A stretch of 64,000 bases of DNA from Spirochaetia bacterium (GTDB lineage: Bacteria; Spirochaetota; Spirochaetia; UBA9216): the NCBI GenBank assembly GCA_963677925.2, contig CAXXYH010000003.1, forward strand, positions 1,568,001 to 1,632,000, given 5' to 3'. Both the position numbers and the translations under genes were made by a program. How positions within the stretch are numbered: the first letter of the stretch is position 1; each line of letters opens with the position of its first letter. Below are positions 49,403 through 57,514 of this stretch, piece after piece. A model generated the notes under the pieces. The model saw only the letters and a list, made by a program, of their open reading frames with translations, was not told where the DNA came from and did no database searches.

Positions 49403-50698
49403 TCAGGCTACCTCAATTTCCAGAGTGATTTTCGCATCGACCCGCAGATTATGCTGCCCGAAGCGGTATGAAAGCCTTTCCATCTCCGGCGGCTTCATAA
49501 AGCCGTACTTTTTACGGTAGACCTCTGCACCGTCTATCCTGATAACAAGAAAACAGTCTGACAGTATTTCACGGCTTCTGAAAAACAGAACTGTCTCTTC
49601 TTCTGAATCATAAAATGAAAGACGCTGCGGCACAACATATGCCAGGCCATTTCCTGCAGAAAGAACCGCCGATTTAATGTCAGCTGAAGTAGATTCAGCA
49701 TCACAGCACGCCGCCTCTTCGCTCCTCCCAGCGCTGTACTCAGCTGCTGCCTTCCCCGCAAGCTCACCGCTCTCTGAAACATAATCGACAAGATCATTTA
49801 CATGCAGGGCATTGCCGCAGGCAAAGACTCCCTCAACATCTGTCATAAGCTTCGTATTGCATAGCGGCCCTTTTGTCAGCGGATCTATCTGCACGCCGAG
49901 TTTATCCGCAAGTTCATTTTCAGGGATAAGACCTACCGAAAGAATAAGCGAGTCGCATTCAATTATTTCTGCAGTGCCCGGAATAGGCTGCATCTTTTCA
50001 TCCACGGAACTCACCTCGACGGCAGTGAGCCTTTCATTTCCGAATACTCTTGTAACAGTCATTGAAAGATGCAGCGGGATATCATAATCGTTCAGACACT
50101 GGTGAATATTGCGTGTCAGTCCGGAAGGTGTTGATTTGGCCTCGTAAACACCTATAACTTCCGCTCCCTCCAGAGAGAGCCTGCGCGCCATAATAAGACC
50201 GATATCCCCGCTTCCCAGAATAACACAGCGCTTCGCGGGCATCTCACCAAGAAGGTTGATGTAATGCTGGGCAGTTCCGGCAGTAAAGATTCCCGAGGGG
50301 CGGGTGCCGTGGATAAACACCTGTCTGGCCGTTCTCTCCCGGCATCCGGTGGCAAGGATGATGGTCTTTGAAGCGATGACACTCACCCCCTCCCTGCTGA
50401 CTGTAGTAATATGGAAGAGGTCCTCCTTTTTCTCAATCGCGGTAACGAATGTCAGAACCATAGTATCGATTCCGTGCTCCCGCAGCTCGGAGGTAAACCT
50501 TTCAGCATATTCAGGACCTGTCAGTTTCTCTTTAAAGCGGACAATTCCGAATCCGTCATGAATGCACTGTTTGAGGATGCCGCCAAGGCGTGCTTCTCTT
50601 TCAATTAAAAGTACAGCAGCTCCGTTTTTCTCCGCGGCAATTGCCGCAGCAAGTCCGGCCGGACCGCCGCCGATAACTGTAACGTCAAATTTGTTCAT
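49403..50698 (-). CDS. FAD/NAD(P)-dependent oxidoreductase (pyridine nucleotide-disulfide family)
   Basis: GGGPAG, GGILKQCIHDGFG, ATGCRER, GSGDIG, GNALHVNDLVD. Confidence 0.88.
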   Translation of the reverse strand: MNKFDVTVIGGGPAGLAAAIAAEKNGAAVLLIEREARLGGILKQCIHDGFGIVRFKEKLTGPEYAERFTSELREHGIDTMVLTFVTAIEKKEDLFHITTVSREGVSVIASKTIILATGCRERTARQVFIHGTRPSGIFTAGTAQHYINLLGEMPAKRCVILGSGDIGLIMARRLSLEGAEVIGVYEAKSTPSGLTRNIHQCLNDYDIPLHLSMTVTRVFGNERLTAVEVSSVDEKMQPIPGTAEIIECDSLILSVGLIPENELADKLGVQIDPLTKGPLCNTKLMTDVEGVFACGNALHVNDLVDYVSESGELAGKAAAEYSAGRSEEAACCDAESTSADIKSAVLSAGNGLAYVVPQRLSFYDSEEETVLFFRSREILSDCFLVIRIDGAEVYRKKYGFMKPPEMERLSYRFGQHNLRVDAKITLEIEVA

Positions 50699-52476
50699 TC
50701 TGCGCGCTCCTGTACCGGGCCTAAAGTAACTGCCGAACCCGGACTGCCTTTTCTTACATCGGAGAGTTTTTTGCCCTGATGTTCTGCTATAATCTGAGTA
50801 ATCAGCGGTGAGCAGAAACCGCCCTGGCAGCGTCCCATTCCGGGTCTGAGCCGGCGTTTAATTCCGTCAAGCGTGGGCACACAAAGCGGAGAATTCAGAG
50901 CGTCAATAATTTCGCCGCGGCTGACTTCCTCACAGCGGCAGACTATGATTCCATAATCAGGATTTTTCTTTATAAGAGCATCCCTTTCCTCATCACTGAT
51001 TTCCGAAAGTTTTGGTTTTGCTTTGCGGCTCATACTGTATTGGTCTTCTTTTTTCAGCTCTGTTCCGCCGCGGAAAAAATCGACTGCCCATTTACAAATG
51101 TCCACGGCAACAGCTGGCGCAGCAGTAATTCCGGGCGACTGAATACCGGCCGCCTGAAGGATATTCTTTGTGAATATCCCCTTTCTGACCACAAAATCCT
51201 CTTCATAAGTCGCCGCCCGAACACCGGTAAAATATGCAATCACATCAGAATACTTTAAGTCTGCAGCTATATGCTGCTGCATGTTTATTATCGATTCAAC
51301 TTCGGTCCTGTCTGTCGCCGTATTTTCCCGATCCGGAGTCTCTACCGCATTTGGACCGATAAGCATATTTCCATGAACAGAATGAATAAGCCCCACACCC
51401 TTCGTATGGCTTTTACTGGTTATTGTATCGAGGAAAAAACTGATACGCTTTTTGAGCCCTTTAGGTTTATCAGTCTCCTGATAAGGAAGAATACTGAAGG
51501 GTGATTTACCCATGCTTGATCTGACCATGTAACCGGCTTTTTTATCGGTAATTATATTAGTGCCCCGTCTCGGATGAATTGTGAAGGTTCTGTCGTCTGC
51601 CATCTCAGCAATTTCATCCGCATATACACCGGCAGCATTTATCACAAGCCGCGGGTACATTCTACCCCGGTTTGTGAGGACACTTTTTATTTTCCCATCA
51701 TCCACCGTCATACCGGTAACAACAGTATTGAGGCTCAGCCGGACTCCGTTTGAAACAGCATTCTCGGCCATTGCAACGGTCATCTCATAAGGATTTGTTA
51801 TGCCGCCTATAGGCATATACATTCCGCCTATTGCAAAATCAGGGAGTTCAGGTTCATATTTTTTAAGCTCTTCCCTCTTAAGATATTTAACTCCGGGAAT
51901 GCCGAGAAGTTTTGCATTCAGCCTCAGAAGAAAAACAGGAAGGCGCTCCCAGTTTTTGCTGCAGAGCATTATCTGTCCTTCCTGTTCAAATGGAACATCA
52001 AGAGCTTCTGAAAGCCCTGCGTACATTCTGTTGCCTCTGATATTGTAATAGTGCTTCAGTGATTTTCGGGAAAAGTTAATACCGACATGGACAACCCCGC
52101 CGTTTGCCCTGGAGGCTCCTACGGCTACATCCTCGCCCTTTTCAGCAAGAATTACATTCAGGTTGTATTTTGAAAGTTCACGTGCAATGGAACAGCCGGT
52201 TATTCCTCCCCCGATTACAAGCACATCCGGTTTAAGTCCTTCAAGTTCAGAATCATTGATTTCGGGAAGTATCCGATGCTGTGTGAAATTTTTAAGATTT
52301 ATATTATTAATCACACCAAGATAATGCTTCTTATCTACCGCAGCCTGCCCCGCCTTTACAACAGTTTCCCAGCTGTCAACCTCACCTTCCAGAACTATGC
52401 AGTTCCGAACCTCAGATATTTTTATATCAGGAGAAATTTCATTTATCTTTCTGCGGATTTTACTGATACTGCTCAT
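50695..52476 (-). CDS. Glycerol-3-phosphate/L-2-hydroxyglutarate dehydrogenase-like flavoprotein with N-terminal BON and C-terminal BFD [2Fe-2S] domains
   Basis: GGGITG, INAAG, AGIQSPGITAAP, CRCEEV...GRCQGGFC; N-terminal VLEGEV..W..A..A....GVINNI. Start 52476 overlaps the upstream stop (ATGA). Confidence 0.82.
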   Translation of the reverse strand: MSSISKIRRKINEISPDIKISEVRNCIVLEGEVDSWETVVKAGQAAVDKKHYLGVINNINLKNFTQHRILPEINDSELEGLKPDVLVIGGGITGCSIARELSKYNLNVILAEKGEDVAVGASRANGGVVHVGINFSRKSLKHYYNIRGNRMYAGLSEALDVPFEQEGQIMLCSKNWERLPVFLLRLNAKLLGIPGVKYLKREELKKYEPELPDFAIGGMYMPIGGITNPYEMTVAMAENAVSNGVRLSLNTVVTGMTVDDGKIKSVLTNRGRMYPRLVINAAGVYADEIAEMADDRTFTIHPRRGTNIITDKKAGYMVRSSMGKSPFSILPYQETDKPKGLKKRISFFLDTITSKSHTKGVGLIHSVHGNMLIGPNAVETPDRENTATDRTEVESIINMQQHIAADLKYSDVIAYFTGVRAATYEEDFVVRKGIFTKNILQAAGIQSPGITAAPAVAVDICKWAVDFFRGGTELKKEDQYSMSRKAKPKLSEISDEERDALIKKNPDYGIIVCRCEEVSRGEIIDALNSPLCVPTLDGIKRRLRPGMGRCQGGFCSPLITQIIAEHQGKKLSDVRKGSPGSAVTLGPVQERAE

Positions 52477-53702
52477 ACAATAATTTTTTCCTTTCCCAGA
52501 GACTTCAGCTGCTCTTCGGCACTTTTCTCGGCTGCTCTGCACTTTGCAAAAGCATCTTCCATATTTGTTCCGCAGACTGCCATGCCATGATTCTCCATAA
52601 CGCAGGCTCTGTTTTCCCTGATGGCGGAAACAACATTATCCGACAGTCTTTTCGATGAAGGCAGTCCGTATCCTGCAAGCCTGATTTCTCCGCCCAGCAG
52701 AGTCCTGCTTTCCAGATCAAACGGTATGATTTGTTTATGTGCAGCGGCAAAAACACTGCAGTTTGACGGATGGCTGTGAATGATACAGTTTACATCCGGA
52801 TGTGAAGCAAGAAGGGCTGCATGAAACGACTTTTCACCGGTCGGCTTCACAGCTCCCTCATATTCCAGTGTACTGATATTCACCCTGACAATATCGTATT
52901 CATTGATCGTAGAGTAATCCATTCCAGAAGGTGTACAGAGCATATAGTCCTCATCAAGCCGTACTGAAATATTCCCCCAGGTTCCCTGCACAAGATTACT
53001 TTCCACCAGCCGGTTTCCAAGACTTATGATCTCACCGCGCAGCTTCAGCTCATCCTGTTCAATTTTTCTATCGATATCCGATGCACTCTGATGTTTAACT
53101 GCCGCCGCCTTTTTTGAATAGGCCAGTTTATATGCGATGTGCATCAGCAGTGCTTCAATCAACGGCAGAGGTTTAGCACCCCCAAGCAGTCCGGCCTGAA
53201 CATGTACCTGTGCCGCCTTTTCAATCACAAGTGCTGCAGTGTAGGCTGTGCGCAGATCGGCTCCGACAGCCAGAAGCCCCGGTGCCAGACCCTTTGAAGG
53301 ACCGGTCAGACATGCGCCGTTACCGCCTGTAATTCGATGCAGCCGAAATGTATTAAAAGGAGAACAGTTTTTGACAAAAACCCCTATAATCTGTGCCATA
53401 TCATCAAGAACCGGCGGGATTCTTCCCCCGGCCTCAGCAGCAACCGAACAGAACTTTGACGCGGCTCTGATTACTGCATTAACCTTCCGGCTCCGGCGGA
53501 ATATTCCATAAACAGCAGGATGCCTGCGAAGCAGCTCTACCCTTGTTAAAACCTCAGCATTCTCCCCACCATTTTCAAGAATAAGAAACTGACCGCCGTT
53601 AAATCGTGCTGCAATAACGGAATTATCCAGATCCATTCCGGCGGTCTTAAGTCGTCCGCTGTAATCCAGAAGGCTTTCCGCGGTTTCCTGCTTTTCAGTC
53701 AT
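52473..53702 (-). CDS. Tandem class II aldolase/adducin-domain protein
   Basis: C-domain has GTWGNIS, TPSG, E..FH, IIHSH, MENHG; the N-domain is a degenerate copy lacking HxH. Confidence 0.85.
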   Translation of the reverse strand: MTEKQETAESLLDYSGRLKTAGMDLDNSVIAARFNGGQFLILENGGENAEVLTRVELLRRHPAVYGIFRRSRKVNAVIRAASKFCSVAAEAGGRIPPVLDDMAQIIGVFVKNCSPFNTFRLHRITGGNGACLTGPSKGLAPGLLAVGADLRTAYTAALVIEKAAQVHVQAGLLGGAKPLPLIEALLMHIAYKLAYSKKAAAVKHQSASDIDRKIEQDELKLRGEIISLGNRLVESNLVQGTWGNISVRLDEDYMLCTPSGMDYSTINEYDIVRVNISTLEYEGAVKPTGEKSFHAALLASHPDVNCIIHSHPSNCSVFAAAHKQIIPFDLESRTLLGGEIRLAGYGLPSSKRLSDNVVSAIRENRACVMENHGMAVCGTNMEDAFAKCRAAEKSAEEQLKSLGKEKIIV

Positions 53703-54553
53703 TTACACTCCAGTTCGTTTATTTCCAAAATGGCATCTTTAATTTTCTGCTTCAGGGTTTCGCGCTCACTTTCAATATTCCAGAGGCCCAGCCGTACGAT
53801 CATGAATGGAAGTCTCCAGCATGTAATTTCTTCATCACATATCCCTGAAGCCTTTTTGTACTGCTTCAGATAATTTCTGCAGATGGTTTTTCTGATTCCT
53901 TCAAGGACAGCTGCTGTAATCCTGTTAAAACCGGGAATCATTTCACCTTCGTTAAGGAGAAATAGAGTTGCAGCAACATCGGCAGCGGGTACACCGCGTG
54001 CCGCCGTCATCCAGTCAATTATCGAGGTTGCTTTTGTATCAGACATTATATTATCAGGATGAAAATCAAGATGAAGTATCGAGTTTCCATCAGGAAGGTT
54101 CTGAAGCAGCTCATCAACCATAGCCCTTTCAGTAACCGAAAGAAAATCCAGAGGTTCAGACTTCAGTGCCTCTCTGACCATATCCTTATAGCTTCTAATT
54201 ACTTCAGTTTGAGTTTCATGCATCGCAAGCTGCAGCTGAGCCATAAGCTTAGGGACGTTGAATGCAGTAAGAGGCTTTGCCCCTGCAAGACTTATCAGAG
54301 GCATTCCCGGTATTTTTTCTATTATCAGCCCGGTCTGCGTTCCGACACTTATCTGACCGTAACATTTAACACTTGAGATTCCCCTGGAAAAAGTCTCCTT
54401 CGAGTTTATCTCTTCATTATCTATCAGTTCAGATCCAATTCCTTCATTAAAAAGTTTTATCAGCTGGTTTTCTTTCCACTTATAAATTTTTGAAGACCTG
54501 CTTATAAACAGAGGTTCTCCAAGAACATCCGTACTGCTTAGTTTCTCCTGCAT
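53699..54553 (-). CDS. APH/choline-kinase-like phosphotransferase
   Basis: LHLDFHPDNI, IIDW, DVA. Confidence 0.82.
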   Translation of the reverse strand: MQEKLSSTDVLGEPLFISRSSKIYKWKENQLIKLFNEGIGSELIDNEEINSKETFSRGISSVKCYGQISVGTQTGLIIEKIPGMPLISLAGAKPLTAFNVPKLMAQLQLAMHETQTEVIRSYKDMVREALKSEPLDFLSVTERAMVDELLQNLPDGNSILHLDFHPDNIMSDTKATSIIDWMTAARGVPAADVAATLFLLNEGEMIPGFNRITAAVLEGIRKTICRNYLKQYKKASGICDEEITCWRLPFMIVRLGLWNIESERETLKQKIKDAILEINELECK

Positions 54554-54611
54554 ACCCTACTCCCGTTATTAATCTTCTCCCTGTTTTGCTGCTACTTAGA
54601 GCTGTACCAAT

Positions 54612-54739
54612 TCACATTTGTGATTCACATATGTTATTTCAATTTTACAAAATAATAAATCAACATCCTGCTCAAGTCAACAAAAACTTTAAGACAGAAA
54701 GACTGAATTTCATCCAAGCTTGACAAGTCACAAATGTGA
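54612..54739. promoter_or_regulatory. Three TCACAWWTGTKA operators in the divergent promoter region
   Basis: TCACATTTGTGA (54612-54623), TCACATATGTTA (54625-54636), TCACAAATGTGA (54728-54739). Confidence 0.7.
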
Positions 54740-54782
54740 TTATAAGATTTTCAAATCCCGGGTTGCTCAGAGAGGAGTGCTG

Positions 54783-55748
54783 ATGACATTGAATGTTGAT
54801 AAGATGGTGATACTCAGAATTGCAAAGGATTACTATCTTGATCGTCTGAGCCAGCAGGAAATAGCTGATAAAGAGAATATTCACAGATCACAAATTTCAC
54901 GGATACTGAAAATGGCGCGCGAAATGGGCTTTGTCAGCATCAAAATTGCCGCCCCTGAAGATCAGGATCTTGAGACACTGTCGGAACAGCTCTGCTCTTC
55001 ACTGAAACTTGATGATGTGTTTATTGCACCCAGCCTGTCATCGGAAGGAAATCCTGATGAATCACTGTATTTTTTTGCCGCCAGACGACTTGAAGAGGTA
55101 CTGCTTAAAAGCAGGCGGATAGGTATAGGCCTTGGGAAAACCCTGTATCATACCGCCTCACAGCTCACAAAACAGAGCCTTCCTCAGCCTCCGGATTTTT
55201 ACTCTATAGTAGGAACATCCGGAACAGACAACACCTACCTTCAGGCAGGTGTGCTTCTTGACTCTTTTGCAAAGCCGTTCGGAGGAGCATGTCATTACAA
55301 CAATTTTCCAATCTGCATCAACCGTAAACTGATGACAGATCTGGACCTTAACCGTCATAACGAGCTTCTTCAGTCATACAGTCAGCTTGATACAGTGGTG
55401 CTTTCAGTTGGAGGTCCCCTTAATATAGATTATCCATATCTGGAAGAGGTTTCCTTTTTTGGAAAGGAAATAGATACAAGCAAGGCTTTTTCAAGACCGC
55501 ACGGGAATCTGCTTGGTCATGTATTCTACGATGATCACGAAATACTTAAAATGCCTGAAAATTATATGATGACCAGTATGGATCTTCAAACACTGCAGCA
55601 GATTCCGAATGTCATAGCAATCGCAAGCGGTCTGCGCAAAGCTGATGCAATAATAAGCGCCGCCTCTCAGAATTATATCAAATCTCTGATAACCGATGAA
55701 GCAACCGCGCGCGAGATAATCAAAAGAAAGAGTTCAGTCCTGATATAG
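54783..55748 (+). CDS. SorC/DeoR family sugar-binding regulator
   Basis: YYLDRLSQQEIA..HRSQISR, GIGLGKT, LITDE; start moved to the ATG at 54783 (AGGAG RBS). Confidence 0.9.
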   Translation: MTLNVDKMVILRIAKDYYLDRLSQQEIADKENIHRSQISRILKMAREMGFVSIKIAAPEDQDLETLSEQLCSSLKLDDVFIAPSLSSEGNPDESLYFFAARRLEEVLLKSRRIGIGLGKTLYHTASQLTKQSLPQPPDFYSIVGTSGTDNTYLQAGVLLDSFAKPFGGACHYNNFPICINRKLMTDLDLNRHNELLQSYSQLDTVVLSVGGPLNIDYPYLEEVSFFGKEIDTSKAFSRPHGNLLGHVFYDDHEILKMPENYMMTSMDLQTLQQIPNVIAIASGLRKADAIISAASQNYIKSLITDEATAREIIKRKSSVLI

Positions 55749-55770
55749 GCTGATTATTGATATTTAATAT

Positions 55771-56643
55771 TTATCGGGTTAAACCATGGAGTTCCCTGAA
55801 CTCTGAAGGTGCAAGCCCCTTCACCCTTTTATAGGCACGTGTAAAGTTAAACGGAGAGTCGAACCCCAGTTCAATACTTATCTCTTTAACTGTCTTATCA
55901 CCATGCCTGAGTAAATTCTCTGCTTTCTGAAGACGTGATTCCAGATACAGCCTTGCCGGTGAACTGTTGAGGTACTCACTGCATTTCATTGACAATGCTC
56001 TTTTTGACATTCCCATTTTCTCGGCTATCCCTTCAACTCCCAGCGGCTGGGTCAGTCTCTCTTTGAAAACAGAATACAGTCTGGAAACAAAAAGCTGACG
56101 GTCGGAATAATTCCTGAACACCTCAGACAGGGATGTTTCAGGCAAAATTCTTGCGATATGCCAGAAGAGGGTTTCCAGCAGGGAATCCTGAAGAGCTCCG
56201 GAAAAGCGGTCGGTATTTCCTGAAACAGAGGCTTCCTGCTCCATATCCTTCAGGATACTCGCCGCTCCGTCCAGAATAGAAGCACCAATCTGCCCTGAGG
56301 CTGATACCGATGGTGAGAAAAGCGGTTCATTTAGTGAAAAATGGAGAACAAAGTGAGCCTGACTTTTTTTCAGATAATCCTGATGCAGATCTCCGGGCTT
56401 GATTACAACAAACATATTATCGCTTATTTCAAGTTTCTGATGATTGAGACTGAACAGATAGGGTCCATGTTCAACCCAGATTAGCTCATAATTATCATGC
56501 TGATGTTCAGGATATTTATAATCCCTGCCGACCGTCATCCTGTGAAAATCAAGGAAAGAAGGCTTTATCTCTTTGTACATATCCATTACACCGGCTCTGC
56601 GCACATAGTCTTTTCTGTAATAATTATTTATCTCAGCATCCAT
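55771..56643 (-). CDS. AraC family regulator (cupin + HTH)
   Basis: HQHDNYEL cupin; VKEISIELGFDSPFNFTRAYKR..G.APSEFR. Confidence 0.9.
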   Translation of the reverse strand: MDAEINNYYRKDYVRRAGVMDMYKEIKPSFLDFHRMTVGRDYKYPEHQHDNYELIWVEHGPYLFSLNHQKLEISDNMFVVIKPGDLHQDYLKKSQAHFVLHFSLNEPLFSPSVSASGQIGASILDGAASILKDMEQEASVSGNTDRFSGALQDSLLETLFWHIARILPETSLSEVFRNYSDRQLFVSRLYSVFKERLTQPLGVEGIAEKMGMSKRALSMKCSEYLNSSPARLYLESRLQKAENLLRHGDKTVKEISIELGFDSPFNFTRAYKRVKGLAPSEFRELHGLTR

Positions 56644-56750
56644 TAGCTTATTATAACCCTATTTGCCCGAATTGATATGTCATTTTCCTGTCTGCACATT
56701 CCCGTTTTGAAGCAGTACGGATAGTATTGAGAGTATACCGGAGGATATAG

Positions 56751-57503
56751 ATGATAAGTGTAAAAGATCTGGCAAAAATGATAGACCACTCGCTGCTTCA
56801 CCCGACAATGACTGATGAAATACTGAGAAAGGAATGCGAAACTGCAGTGCAATACGATACAGCATCGGTATGCATCAAACCGTACGCAGTCTCACTCGCA
56901 GCTGAAATACTTGCAGGCACCGAAGTGGCAGTTGGAACTGTAATCGGCTTTCCCCATGGAAACAGCAGTACGGAAATAAAGGTTGCTGAAACTTCCAGGG
57001 CCTGTGCCGAAGGCGCTGCAGAAATTGACATGGTGATAAATATCGGCAAGGCGCTTGGAAAAGAATGGAACTATGTAAAAGATGAAATTGCTGCCGTTAA
57101 TAAGGCTGCAGCAGGCGGGGGTGCACATTTAAAAGTGATTTTTGAGAACGATTATCTTGATGATGAAACGATAATTCAGCTCTGCCGGATCTGCAGTGAA
57201 GTTAAACCGGCATTTGTAAAAACAAGTACCGGCTACGGATTTGTAAAACAGGACAACGGCTTCTACACCTACAAAGGCGCCACCGAAGCTCATCTGAAAC
57301 TGATGCGGGCAAATACTGACAGCAGCATTCAGATTAAGGCTGCAGGCGGAGTCAGAACCCTGAAAGACCTTCTTTACGTCCGTTCAATCGGCGTAACACG
57401 GGCCGGAGCAACTGCAACCGCCGCCATGCTCACAGAGGCAGCGGAAGCTGTCAGCAGGGGAATAGAGCTTGAATCACTTACCCCGCAGCATATGGGCGGC
57501 TGA
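56751..57503 (+). CDS. deoC: Deoxyribose-phosphate aldolase
   Basis: IDHSLLHP, VIGFPHG, EIDMVIN, FVKTSTG, IKAAGGVR. Confidence 0.92.
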   Translation: MISVKDLAKMIDHSLLHPTMTDEILRKECETAVQYDTASVCIKPYAVSLAAEILAGTEVAVGTVIGFPHGNSSTEIKVAETSRACAEGAAEIDMVINIGKALGKEWNYVKDEIAAVNKAAAGGGAHLKVIFENDYLDDETIIQLCRICSEVKPAFVKTSTGYGFVKQDNGFYTYKGATEAHLKLMRANTDSSIQIKAAGGVRTLKDLLYVRSIGVTRAGATATAAMLTEAAEAVSRGIELESLTPQHMGG

Positions 57504-57514
57504 AAAACCACGCC

